Position numbers and translations under genes: made by a program. The notes under the pieces were generated by a model. It did no database searches and was not told where the DNA came from. It saw only the letters and a list, made by a program, of their open reading frames with translations. Below, piece after piece: positions 1 through 9,251 of a stretch of DNA of 64,000 nucleotides. Numbering within the stretch: position 1 is the first letter of the stretch; each line of letters begins with the position of its first letter. The stretch spans positions 325,351-389,350 of the forward strand of contig JAYTSD010000008.1 in the NCBI GenBank assembly GCA_043745805.1, written 5' to 3'. This DNA comes from Fibrobacteria bacterium. GTDB taxonomy: Bacteria; Fibrobacterota; Fibrobacteria; UBA11236.

Positions 1-209
1 TTCCATAAAGCCAAATCATTTTTGAGCGAATCATAAGTATAACCCCAACCAGGAATTACGGGGCCTTGCTCGGCAGCTAGTTTGGCAAAACCTCCCCACA
101 AAGGATAACCACATTTATCATTTTCTGAAGCCGAAAATTCATCTGCCCAAATTCCTACGCCAGTGAAAATTAATACACCCAAGAAAAAAAATATTTTACG
201 AGGTTTCAT
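1..209 (-). CDS. 5' part of a secreted protein, truncated by the window edge (possibly M14 carboxypeptidase-like)
   Basis: Manual translation from ATG 209: MKPRKIFFFLGVLIFTGVGIWADEFSASENDKCGYPLWGG...YTYDSLKNDLALW, open to the edge. Signal-peptide-like N-terminus; AGGA/AAGG upstream. The family guess rests only on the YTY-x2-L pattern. Confidence 0.55.
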   Translation of the reverse strand, partial: MKPRKIFFFLGVLIFTGVGIWADEFSASENDKCGYPLWGGFAKLAAEQGPVIPGWGYTYDSLKNDLALW

Positions 210-243
210 CCGTTACCTTGTCCTTGTTCATTCCTCATTAAGT

Positions 244-1011
244 TTAGCTTTCCTTTTGGAAAAGATCCGTATAAGATATGCAAACTCCGCATTGTAATAA
301 AGCGCCTAAAGCTTTTTCCATCCCCGCTTTAGAAAAATCTCCCGGATGCAAAGCAATGCGTAGCGTAGAAAACAAGTGCCAAGGGCTTTGGCGATGAGCC
401 GTCAATAGTAAATGCAAAATTTCATTGAACGATTTGTTTCCCATCCATGCCAAAGCGGGAATAATTTTTCGTTCATTACGCTGCAAATCCCAAATGCAAG
501 TGCGCGATTCGGTGAAATGAAATTTTTTCTCTTTTAGCAAACTCAAAGCAGGACAACCCTGCCAAGTAGGCACTACAAAGCCTTGTAAGGAAAGTCCCAT
601 GTCTTGAAATTGTTTTTGACCCAAGGTTAAAAGTTGATTTTGTTGACTGGGGTTTAAGCCTGCAAATTCAGCTTCATCAGCATTAAAGCGATTAAATATT
701 TTTCCGGCTAAGCTGCGTTGCCATTTTTCCTCGATAACATGATCGCCTTGCAAATTAATTGCCCCTTTCAGTTTTTCAGGCATAAGATGGCGATAGCCAT
801 GCAAAAAAATCTCTTGGCCATTTTGCTGCCTCACTTTTAAAGCCTGTCCATATTCCACATGATCCGACATCAAGGTTAGTCCATGATAAGCAGGTACGGC
901 CATGAGGGCCACTTTGCTTGCGCCCATATTTTGCAAATGTTGCAAATCTTTTTGCACAATTTCCCAATTTCCGGGCCAAATATCATGAATGGAAACAATG
1001 AAGCGTAACAA
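244..1011 (-). CDS. DUF2334 / polysaccharide deacetylase-like protein
   Basis: Motifs SIHDIWP, LHGYRH, EAEF, FVVPTW, RIALHPGD. Confidence 0.8.
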   Translation of the reverse strand: MLRFIVSIHDIWPGNWEIVQKDLQHLQNMGASKVALMAVPAYHGLTLMSDHVEYGQALKVRQQNGQEIFLHGYRHLMPEKLKGAINLQGDHVIEEKWQRSLAGKIFNRFNADEAEFAGLNPSQQNQLLTLGQKQFQDMGLSLQGFVVPTWQGCPALSLLKEKKFHFTESRTCIWDLQRNERKIIPALAWMGNKSFNEILHLLLTAHRQSPWHLFSTLRIALHPGDFSKAGMEKALGALLQCGVCISYTDLFQKES

Positions 1012-1045
1012 CGGCGTTCCTTATTATCTTTTAACCATAGTAATT

Positions 1046-1729
1046 ATGATAAAGCTACTCGTTTTTGATTTAGATGGCACCTTAGTAGATTCCAAAGTGG
1101 ATCTTTGGCAGGCCGTTAATTTTTCTTTACAATGCAAAAGTTTACCTCCTTGTTCATTAGGCGAAGTCACTTCCTTTATTGGAAATGGAGCAAGACAACT
1201 CATTGAGCAATCTTTAATGCATACGTTAAATCATCATGTCAAAAAAATATCGTTTGCCATGCTACCAGATGAAAATCTTATTGAAGAAGTATTGCAAATA
1301 TTTATGTCTTACTACATCGATCATTGTAGTGAGAATACCACATTGTATGATGGGGTGCGAAAATTCTTGGCAGACAATAAATATTCAAAGGTCGTCCTTA
1401 CTAACAAACCAAAAATCCCAGCGATTAAAATCCTCGACCATTTAAAAATACTTCCCTACTTTTCCACGGTGCTGGGCGGTGATTCTGAGTTTGGGAAAAA
1501 ACCTAATCCGGCAGGCCTGCAATATCTTCTTAAGATAAACGATTGCCTGCCTAAAGAAGCCATTTTAATTGGGGATGGACTTCAAGATGCCCAAGCTGCT
1601 CAAGCCGCAGAAGTCCCATTTATTGCTTATTTGGGAGGATTGGGTTCCCATGAGCTAAACCGATTGGAAAATTCCTCCACTACACTAGAATCTTTCTCTG
1701 ATTTAAATCACATTTTAGCCCAATTATAG
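1046..1729 (+). CDS. gph: HAD-family hydrolase, phosphoglycolate phosphatase-like
   Basis: FDLDGTLVDS, LTNKP, KKPNP, IGDG-x2-D motifs. Start moved to ATG 1046 because the longer ORF overlaps the divergent gene. Confidence 0.85.
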   Translation: MIKLLVFDLDGTLVDSKVDLWQAVNFSLQCKSLPPCSLGEVTSFIGNGARQLIEQSLMHTLNHHVKKISFAMLPDENLIEEVLQIFMSYYIDHCSENTTLYDGVRKFLADNKYSKVVLTNKPKIPAIKILDHLKILPYFSTVLGGDSEFGKKPNPAGLQYLLKINDCLPKEAILIGDGLQDAQAAQAAEVPFIAYLGGLGSHELNRLENSSTTLESFSDLNHILAQL

Positions 1730-1754
1730 AACTAGTTTTATCAAAAATTTAGGA

Positions 1755-3083
1755 ATGCCTTTGAATTCAAAATACCACTTAGCCACCTTCGGCTGTCAAA
1801 TGAATGTTTATGACTCCAATCTCATTGCAGAAATGTTGGAAAGTCGTGGCTTAGCGCAAACCGAAGAATTAGGTGAAGCGGATATTGTTATTGTAAATAC
1901 TTGTTCCATTCGCGGCGGAGCCGAGGATAGAGCCTATGCGCGCATTGCTGCTATGCGGCATTATAAAAAATTAAATCCTGCTTTACGCATTGCCGTAGTC
2001 GGTTGTATGGCACAAAACCATGGTGAAAAAATTCCGGTTGAATTAGAGCATGTTGATTTTGTTGTAGGCCCAGATAATTATAAAGAATTAGAAGATTTAC
2101 TCTTTGCAAAAAAACAAAAAGCCGCCAGCATTTTAACCGAACAAAATGCTTTTGAAAATTATACCGGCTTAATGGCCAAATTAGATTCCGCTGTAACCAC
2201 ACATATCACCATTATGCGCGGCTGCAATAAACGCTGCACCTATTGCATTGTCCCCACAGTGCGTGGTATGGAACGCAGCCGTGAGGCAGATGACATTATT
2301 GCCGAAATTAAAAGGGCAGTGGATCAAGGGATTAAAGAGATTTGCCTATTAGGGCAAACCGTAAATTCTTACCGTACCAACAATGTGAACTTTGCAGAAC
2401 TATTACTCCGTGTAAATGATATTCAAGGTTTACAAAGAATTCGTTTTACTTCACCTCATCCTCGGCATTTCGATACCGAAACGATTCAAGCCATGGCGCA
2501 ATGTGAAAAAGTAGCGCGGCATGTGCATATCCCAGTTCAAAGCGGATCCAATGACATGCTTAAGAAAATGCGCCGCCAATACACTCGCGAACGTTTTTTA
2601 GAAATTGTCGAAGAACTACGCAGTTCGATTCCGGGAGTAGGACTCACTACTGATATTATTACTGGCTTTGTAGGCGAAACCGATGAGGATTTTGCGCAAA
2701 CCCTTTCTTTAGTGCAACAAGTACGTTTCGACACGGCATTTATGTTTTCCTATTCTCCGCGCGAAGGCACCACAGCTTTTGAAGAAATGGAAACCTTAAC
2801 CGCCCATGAAAAGCAACTGCGTCTTGAAAAATTAATCGCTTTGCAATTCAAAATTAGCGAAGAAAATTTGGATGCCATGATTGGTCGTCAAGAAGAAGTT
2901 TTAATCGAAACGGTGTCTTCAAAAAATGCGGAGGAATGGATAGGTAAAACCAGTTGCTTTAAAAAAGTTATTGTCCCCTTTGCAACCGGCCTCTCTAAAG
3001 GATCCATTATACCTGTAAATATCGAGGAGAGACGCGGCACGGTATTACGTGGTTCAATTGCACATGCATTGACTCATGTTTAG
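1755..3083 (+). CDS. miaB: tRNA-2-methylthio-N6-dimethylallyladenosine synthase (radical SAM)
   Basis: TFGCQMNVYDS, NTCSIR, GCMAQ, radical SAM CNKRCTYC, FTSPHP, C-terminal TRAM domain. Confidence 0.95.
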   Translation: MPLNSKYHLATFGCQMNVYDSNLIAEMLESRGLAQTEELGEADIVIVNTCSIRGGAEDRAYARIAAMRHYKKLNPALRIAVVGCMAQNHGEKIPVELEHVDFVVGPDNYKELEDLLFAKKQKAASILTEQNAFENYTGLMAKLDSAVTTHITIMRGCNKRCTYCIVPTVRGMERSREADDIIAEIKRAVDQGIKEICLLGQTVNSYRTNNVNFAELLLRVNDIQGLQRIRFTSPHPRHFDTETIQAMAQCEKVARHVHIPVQSGSNDMLKKMRRQYTRERFLEIVEELRSSIPGVGLTTDIITGFVGETDEDFAQTLSLVQQVRFDTAFMFSYSPREGTTAFEEMETLTAHEKQLRLEKLIALQFKISEENLDAMIGRQEEVLIETVSSKNAEEWIGKTSCFKKVIVPFATGLSKGSIIPVNIEERRGTVLRGSIAHALTHV

Positions 3084-4209
3084 ATCCAGCATCTCTTTTC
3101 ATTTTCACGGTGCGAACCTTTTATTTTTCTTTATTTTTATTTCTCTAGCTGGAATCACAAATGCGGCTCTGGCCGATGATAGCTTGCAGCAAAGCATCAT
3201 ACTAGCCTTAGCACAACAAGGACAGCTCGATTCGGCTAGAACACTAAGCGAAGTTGCCTATAAAAAAAATCCTGCGGATGATTTTGCTGCGCTCATGCTC
3301 GGTAAATTAAATCCTGATGGTAAGGCTTCGGCAGAACAATTAAAAAAAATTGCCCTCTCTACTTCAAAGTCCTCAGCTACCCAAGAAAGTTTTTATCGCT
3401 TAGGGCAATTCTACTATGCCATAGGTAAATACAATTTAGCGATTCCTTATTTTAGAGATTATTTGAAATTATTTCCCCAAGGAGATTGGCAGGAACCCGC
3501 AACCTATTGGATGGGAAATGCCTGTTTATTTTTAGCTCAGACGCAAAAAAATCGATCGTCCTATTTAGATTCTGGTGTAGTTTATTTGCAAAAATTATTG
3601 TCTTCTTTAAAATCCGATGCTTATTATTTTCCACTGGCTTGGGAATGTATCGCGAAAATAAAAAAAGCGCAAGGTCAATCCGACCAAGCCCTTTCAGCAT
3701 GGCAAAAGGCTATAGATAAAGCCCCACAAGAGGAATTAAGCGCCTTACTTTTATTCGGCATGCAAATACAAAGGTCAGCGGATAGCGCCATCGTGCAAAA
3801 ATTATCCCAACGCATTCAAGAGGAATTCCCCAATTCTTTAGAAGCAAAAACCCTAGCGCAAAGTTCCAGAGTAATATTTGGTATTAAAAAAGAATTATCC
3901 GTCGCTAACCCAAAATCAAAGCCCAGTAAAGAAATGAAAAACGATATTTTACCCACCGCAAATATTATTTTACAACTGGGAGTTTTTTCACAAAAAGCCA
4001 ATGCCGAAAACCTTCGCTTGATCTTAACCAAAAATAGTTTGAACTCAATTTTAAAGGAAGAAATAAGAGACGGCAAGAAAATGTACTTCGTATATTTGGG
4101 GCAATTTTCCAATGAAGACGCCGCCCTAGAATTCGCCCACACACGCCTGAAACCGCTCGGTATTATGGCCCAGCCCATTTCACTCCATGAAATCCAAAGC
4201 AAAAAATAA
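3076..4209 (+). CDS. Exported TPR and SPOR domain protein
   Basis: Signal peptide, TPR-like helices (YRLGQFYYAIGKYNLA), C-terminal SPOR (LQLGVFSQKANAE...VYLGQF). Confidence 0.8.
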   Translation: MFRSSISFHFHGANLLFFFIFISLAGITNAALADDSLQQSIILALAQQGQLDSARTLSEVAYKKNPADDFAALMLGKLNPDGKASAEQLKKIALSTSKSSATQESFYRLGQFYYAIGKYNLAIPYFRDYLKLFPQGDWQEPATYWMGNACLFLAQTQKNRSSYLDSGVVYLQKLLSSLKSDAYYFPLAWECIAKIKKAQGQSDQALSAWQKAIDKAPQEELSALLLFGMQIQRSADSAIVQKLSQRIQEEFPNSLEAKTLAQSSRVIFGIKKELSVANPKSKPSKEMKNDILPTANIILQLGVFSQKANAENLRLILTKNSLNSILKEEIRDGKKMYFVYLGQFSNEDAALEFAHTRLKPLGIMAQPISLHEIQSKK

Positions 4210-4291
4210 TCTGGACAAGAATAAACTTTTTTTTATCTTTGCCCTCACCACTAATTGTTGAGTCCTTTCGACTTCACAAAATTTTTCTCAT

Positions 4292-4378
4292 GCCGAGGTG
4301 GTGAAATTGGTAGACGCGTCGGACTCAAAATCCGATAGGGGCAACTCTGTGGGGGTTCAATTCCCCCCCTCGGCACCA
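4292..4378 (+). tRNA. tRNA-Leu(CAA)
   Basis: GCCGAGG/CCTCGGC acceptor stem, anticodon arm TCGGA-CTCAAAA-TCCGA, long variable arm, T arm GGGGG-TTCAATT-CCCCC, encoded CCA. Confidence 0.97.
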
Positions 4379-4453
4379 AGAAATTTTTAGAATTATGTGC
4401 GCTATTTTGAATTAGCTCCTATCTTAATCAAAAACCAAATACAAGGACAGTTT

Positions 4454-5080
4454 ATGGTGGCATGGAAATTTTTGGCGCTGGGATTTATTTTTTGCGTACT
4501 CGGTGCGGTTAAGGTTTTGGCAGATGATTGGGAAGGCACAAAATATGACGACCTAGGTATTAGCCAAGAAGAGTTTCAAAAAGTTAAAGAAACGGGCATG
4601 CCAAGAGCAAAGCTCATGAAACTATTAGAACTTGGAATTTCCCCTAATGAATATTTTTCTGAGCCATGGAAAAAATTAGGCGTAAGCGAAGATCATTGGT
4701 TGAGTGAAAAAAAAGGGGGGATGGCTGATGATGATATCGATCGCAGCTATCGGAAACAGGGATTTAATAATATGACCCCTTTTATTTCTTTTATTTTACC
4801 TGGATATTATCAGTATAAAACTAACCGACTCTATTTTGGTTTAGGCTTATCGACCACGGCAGTCGCCGCTTGGACTTTAACCTTTCTTCATAAAAACTCA
4901 GAAACTAAAGCAATTTACCCCGTTTATCCGGTTATTGCCGTGGCGGCCATGTTTTGGAGCGCCGCCGATGCTTATATTGGTTCTCGCTATAATGATAATC
5001 AAGAAGCACAACGTTTTAGCTGGAATTTGGGTTTAAGCTCTTCGGGCTCTCCTCTCGCTGGTTTTTCGCTTCGCTTTTAG
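4454..5080 (+). CDS. Hypothetical envelope protein
   Basis: ATG 4454 with AGGA upstream (the ORF track starts at 4397). Signal peptide, two to three hydrophobic segments, terminal FSLRF. Confidence 0.7.
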   Translation: MVAWKFLALGFIFCVLGAVKVLADDWEGTKYDDLGISQEEFQKVKETGMPRAKLMKLLELGISPNEYFSEPWKKLGVSEDHWLSEKKGGMADDDIDRSYRKQGFNNMTPFISFILPGYYQYKTNRLYFGLGLSTTAVAAWTLTFLHKNSETKAIYPVYPVIAVAAMFWSAADAYIGSRYNDNQEAQRFSWNLGLSSSGSPLAGFSLRF

Positions 5081-5101
5081 TACATTTGGCCGCATAGCCA
5101 T

Positions 5102-5455
5102 ATGTACAGAGAAATACTAAAATCAAAAATTCATCGGGCTACAGTAACCGATGCAAATTTAAATTATAAGGGATCGATTACTATCGATCCTGTTTTGCTG
5201 CAACTCGCTAATATTCTTGAATACGAAAAAGTACATGTTGTGGATCTAAACAATGGAAGCCGCTTTGAAACGTATGCCATTCCAGGCAAACCAAATTCTG
5301 GTGAAATTTGTTTAAATGGAGCTGCGGCACGTTTAGTACAAATTGGGGATTTAATAATTGTAATGACCTTCGCATGGCTTTCCGAAGTCGAAGTGGAGTC
5401 TCATAAGCCTCAAATCGTACTAGTGGACGATAAGAATTTTCCTTCATCGAACTGA
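5102..5455 (+). CDS. panD: Aspartate 1-decarboxylase
   Basis: [11 protein letters not shown]-x-GSITID self-cleavage site, RFETY, NGAAARL. Confidence 0.97.
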   Translation: MYREILKSKIHRATVTDANLNYKGSITIDPVLLQLANILEYEKVHVVDLNNGSRFETYAIPGKPNSGEICLNGAAARLVQIGDLIIVMTFAWLSEVEVESHKPQIVLVDDKNFPSSN

Positions 5456-5477
5456 TTATCTATATTACAATTGACTT

Positions 5478-6047
5478 ATGAGGAAACTTCTACTCTCCCT
5501 AACAGTGAATGTCTTGGTTTTTTCAACCTTGTTTTCACACGCTTCTCAAGGAGATGCAGTCGATTTAAATCCGCAACATATAGCACAACAATCAGTCGTT
5601 TTGAATAGCGAAGACTTTGATCGTAATGCGTTATTGGCTCCTAATTATCGTCCCAATTCCTCCGCAGGTTTTTCATTTTTAAACCCCAATCGCTTTAGTA
5701 TGCAGCAAAGTTACAGTGTCTCTTTTGCTTCCGGTGGCCAAGGCTCTTCGTCCGGTGGCTTATATTTAAATTCCATTTCTTATCAGCTTGCCAACCCACT
5801 TTGGTTAAGTATGGATTTGGGTTTTCAAACCCCTCTTTATTCCAGCGGTGCTTATAATGCTACGGGAAAAAGTGGCTTATTTAATCATGGAAACGGTGCG
5901 AGAGACGCCAGCTCATTTGTCTTGCCACGCATTGGACTCGATTATAAACCTACCGAAAACATGTCCTTTTCCTTGCAGTTTTTTAATGGTCAAGATGCCA
6001 CGAAAGCCTATGGGCCAATGAACCCATATTTTACTCCTTATCATTAA
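5478..6047 (+). CDS. Hypothetical secreted beta-rich protein
   Basis: Signal peptide; alternating beta-strand-like segments (SYSVSF, YLNSISY, GLDYKP, FSLQF). Confidence 0.7.
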   Translation: MRKLLLSLTVNVLVFSTLFSHASQGDAVDLNPQHIAQQSVVLNSEDFDRNALLAPNYRPNSSAGFSFLNPNRFSMQQSYSVSFASGGQGSSSGGLYLNSISYQLANPLWLSMDLGFQTPLYSSGAYNATGKSGLFNHGNGARDASSFVLPRIGLDYKPTENMSFSLQFFNGQDATKAYGPMNPYFTPYH

Positions 6048-6052
6048 CTCCA

Positions 6053-6493
6053 TTGTTACGCTCGCCTATGCATTTATTCTTATCCTTAGCAAGGATTTCT
6101 CATCTATTTTATTTAGTCATATTGGGATTTGCATTGTTTTGTTTTTGCGGCTGCGAAAAAGTAAAGCCCGAAATAAAATTCATTCCCAATACTGGACAAA
6201 TTCAAATACTCAATGGCAGTGGCAAGCCTGGAGCAGCAGAAATTTTTCGGGATTTTTTAACCGATCAGGGTTTCGATGTAATCGAATTTGGGAATGCAGC
6301 CAATTGGAATTACAATCAAACTTTAGTGGTCACTAGAACTGAAAAAAAACAAGTAGCCGAAGATTTGGCTAAAATTATGAATACAGAAAATCTTATCACT
6401 TTACTCGACTCTTCTGCAATGGTAGAAGCTACAGTTTTTGTGGGTAAGGATTATGAGGAGCTAATTAAAAAATGGCAAAAACAAAAACATTAG
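6053..6493 (+). CDS. LytR C-terminal domain lipoprotein-like protein
   Basis: QILNGSGKPGAA...GF-x-V-x3-GNA...VFVGKDY. Start uncertain (6053 TTG or 6068 ATG). Lies upstream of rsfS, a common arrangement. Confidence 0.8.
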   Translation: MLRSPMHLFLSLARISHLFYLVILGFALFCFCGCEKVKPEIKFIPNTGQIQILNGSGKPGAAEIFRDFLTDQGFDVIEFGNAANWNYNQTLVVTRTEKKQVAEDLAKIMNTENLITLLDSSAMVEATVFVGKDYEELIKKWQKQKH

Positions 6494-6885
6494 AAGGTAT
6501 GGATCTTGTTAACCGCGCAGCGGGAATATTATTCAGCAAAAAAGTGGTGGATGCAATACTTATTGATTTACATGAATTAAGTAGCATCACCGATTATTAC
6601 TTAATCTGTACTTGCCAGAATGAAGCGCAGATGAAAGCGGTGTTAAATCATCTATCGAGAGCTTTAAGCCGCGAAGGCGCAAAAGCTTTACGTTCAGAGT
6701 ATCGCCAAGGTGTACGCTGGGCGGTATTAGATTATGGCGAGTTAATCGTGCATTTATTTGAAAAAGATACGCGTAATTATTATTCATTGGAAAGACTTTG
6801 GGCGGATGCAAAAGTAACGCCACTTAAAGCTGAAGACTATATCACTACGGAAGAGGACAGCGACAGCGAGGATGACGAACTATAA
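6472..6885 (+). CDS. rsfS: Ribosome silencing factor
   Basis: ITDYYLICT, WAVLDYGELIVHLF, RNYYSLERLW. Confidence 0.93.
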   Translation: MAKTKTLEGMDLVNRAAGILFSKKVVDAILIDLHELSSITDYYLICTCQNEAQMKAVLNHLSRALSREGAKALRSEYRQGVRWAVLDYGELIVHLFEKDTRNYYSLERLWADAKVTPLKAEDYITTEEDSDSEDDEL

Positions 6886-8587
6886 ATTAGCGATAGCGGA
6901 AACGCTCGCTCCCCTCATTGGAATTAACCCCGAAGAAATTCAAGCACAAATTTCCTATCCACAAAATCCTCTGCATGGGGATTTTGCTTTTCCTTGTTTT
7001 GCCTTAGCGAAACTGCAACGTAAGGCTCCGCCATTAATTGCAAAAGAGTTAGCAGAAAAACTTACCCTCCAATCCCCTTTAGAAAAGGTGGAAGCGATAA
7101 ATGGATATTTAAATTTTTTTGTAAGTGCGAAATATTTTGCTGAAGAAACCTTAAGTGAAATATCTTCTCAAGGCAAAGCCTATGGCGATAATACCTTGGG
7201 TAAAGATCAAACTTGCTTGATAGACTTTTCGTCTCCAAACATGGGTAAAGAATTGGTATTCCATCATTTACGTGGAACTATGCTAGGTAATGCATTAAGT
7301 AAAATTTTTCATAAATCGGGGTATCATGTAGTGCGCATCAATCACTTAGGGGATTGGGGCACCTCCTATGGCAAACTCATTGTCATGTTTTTGGAGCAAG
7401 GTGATTATAATGATAGTGATTTAGAAAAATTAACTTTAGAAAAGCTCAACGCTTTATATAAACAATTTTCTCATGCCGCAGAACTTAATCCCGAATTAGA
7501 AAATTCCGCGCGACAGGCTTTTCAAAAATTAGAATCTGGCGATCAAGAGTATTTTAAACTGTGGAAAACTTTTCGTGAAGTCACACTTAAGGAATTAAAA
7601 AGACTCTATGCCATTTTGGATGTTGAATTTGATCATTATGTAGGTGAAGCTTTTTTTATCGATAAAATTTCACCAGTGATCGAAACGTTACAATCGAAAA
7701 ACTTATTGGTAAATAGCCAAGGTGCGGTTATCGTTGACTTAAGCGCGTTTGAGCTTCCTCCTTTATTAATACAAAAAAGTGATGGCGCCACCTTGTATGC
7801 CACACGTGATATAGCCGCAGCGATTTATAGACAAGCTGAATTTAAATTCGACAAATGCTTATACATTGTCGACAATGGGCAGTCACTGCACTTCCAACAG
7901 TTTTTTAAAGTTTTAGAATTAATGGAATATAGCTGGTGGAATAAATGCGAGCATATTCCTTTTGGCTTAGTGCTCAATAAAAGCGATGAAGGCAAATGGG
8001 AAAAAGGGAAAACCCGTTCCGGTCATTCCAGCTTACTCAAAGATGTGATTGAAAAAGGCGAAGACCGCGTTTTGGAAATCATGAGCGAAAAAAACCCCGC
8101 TTTAGGACAAAAAAGAGAGCTCGCGCAAAAAATTGTTATCGGTGCTTTAGTGTTTGATGATTTAAAAAATCGCCGCTTGAATGATATTCGTTTTGAATGG
8201 GAAAGAGTTTTAAGTTTTGAAGGTGACTCTGGGCCTTATGTACAAAATGCGCATGTTCGCCTTTGCAGTATACTTCGTAAAGGTCCAGCATTAAGTAAGC
8301 CCCATGAATTGGATTTTTCTTGTTTGCACGATCCACAAGCCAAGAGCCTGATCCATGCCTTATACTTATTCCCAGAAAAAATAAAAGCTGCCTTGCTGAT
8401 TTGTGATCCATGTTTGATTGGACAATATATTTTAGAAATCGCCGAAAATGTGCATGGCTTTGTGCATTCTTGTCGCGTTTTAGGAAGTCCCGAAGAAAAA
8501 GAACGGTTATTTTTGATTTATTGCGCTAAATCCGTATTAGCAAATGCCTTAGAATTACTTGGCGTTCCTGCGATTGAAGAGATGTAG
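6872..8587 (+). CDS. argS: Arginine--tRNA ligase
   Basis: DFSSPN-x-GKELVFHHLR (HIGH-like), NHLGDWG, KSDGATLYATRD, FEGDSGPYVQ. Confidence 0.97.
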   Translation: MTNYKLAIAETLAPLIGINPEEIQAQISYPQNPLHGDFAFPCFALAKLQRKAPPLIAKELAEKLTLQSPLEKVEAINGYLNFFVSAKYFAEETLSEISSQGKAYGDNTLGKDQTCLIDFSSPNMGKELVFHHLRGTMLGNALSKIFHKSGYHVVRINHLGDWGTSYGKLIVMFLEQGDYNDSDLEKLTLEKLNALYKQFSHAAELNPELENSARQAFQKLESGDQEYFKLWKTFREVTLKELKRLYAILDVEFDHYVGEAFFIDKISPVIETLQSKNLLVNSQGAVIVDLSAFELPPLLIQKSDGATLYATRDIAAAIYRQAEFKFDKCLYIVDNGQSLHFQQFFKVLELMEYSWWNKCEHIPFGLVLNKSDEGKWEKGKTRSGHSSLLKDVIEKGEDRVLEIMSEKNPALGQKRELAQKIVIGALVFDDLKNRRLNDIRFEWERVLSFEGDSGPYVQNAHVRLCSILRKGPALSKPHELDFSCLHDPQAKSLIHALYLFPEKIKAALLICDPCLIGQYILEIAENVHGFVHSCRVLGSPEEKERLFLIYCAKSVLANALELLGVPAIEEM

Positions 8588-8791
8588 CGTTTATCGCTAC
8601 CCTTCTCTACTTTATCTTCTCATTTTTTTTATAAACTCATCAAAAAAACACGTCAATACTGCATTCGTAATCATAACTCATTTTAAATCAATGAGTTATT
8701 TGTTTAGGTTTTTTCTACGGCACAGTAGCTTTAAGGTTGCGAGAGAAAAAAAATTACAATCAATAATATGCGTTAATTAATTTTGATCCAT

Positions 8792-8823
8792 AAAAAACGG
8801 AGGCCAAGATCTCTTGGCCTCCG
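8792..8823 (-). terminator. Rho-independent terminator of the microprotein gene
   Basis: 11-bp stem CGGAGGCCAAG/CTTGGCCTCCG with a 4-nt loop, followed by T6 on the minus strand. Confidence 0.85.
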
Positions 8824-8862
8824 CATAAGGCATTGATATTACTGCAATTGCAGCAGCAATCC

Positions 8863-8949
8863 TTATTTCTTCTTCTTGGTAGCTTTCTTGACTACTTTCT
8901 TTGTTGCTTTTTTTGCAACTTTTTTTGCAGCTTTCTTCTTAGCGGCCAT
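8863..8949 (-). CDS. 28-aa Lys/Ala-rich histone H1-like microprotein (absent from the ORF track)
   Basis: MAAKKKAAKKVAKKATKKVVKKATKKKK*; SD AAGGAGGTGATC just upstream; downstream terminator; upstream promoter. Confidence 0.85.
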   Translation of the reverse strand: MAAKKKAAKKVAKKATKKVVKKATKKKK

Positions 8950-9180
8950 GAGATCACCTCCTTCCGGCTTTTAAATTTTTAAAATACGATTATTGTTTTT
9001 GAAAAATTTTTTGAAAAAAAGTTTTGCTCGTTGCAATTTTTTCGAGCTGGCGAAATACCATTTGAGCTCGATAAAATAAGGTCGGAATACGAGTAACGAG
9101 GGAGTAACATCCGCGTTTCAGTAGTTTTTTTGAAGAGTGTTTGATTCAATTTCTTCCTTACACTTCGTCTCAACAAATAA

Positions 9181-9209
9181 ATGATAAAGAACTTGACAGC
9201 AATAGTCAA
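9181..9209 (-). promoter_or_regulatory. Sigma70-type promoter for the microprotein transcript
   Basis: TTGACT-N17-TATCAT on the minus strand. Confidence 0.6.
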
Positions 9210-9251
9210 GCAATTATTTCACTTTTGTTAATTTATTTTTTTCGTTGCTGA

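Noticed and set aside
4292-4453. tRNA-Leu as an integration site
   Set aside because: No integrase and no repeated tRNA 3' end seen in the window
8952-8963. GATCACCTCCTT, identical to the 16S rRNA 3' end
   Set aside because: No flanking 16S sequence; it is the complement of the microprotein SD
8559-9209. ORF-track calls 8559-8780 (+) and 8979-9209 (-)
   Set aside because: No SD and low-complexity AT-rich translations; the second begins inside the predicted -35 box
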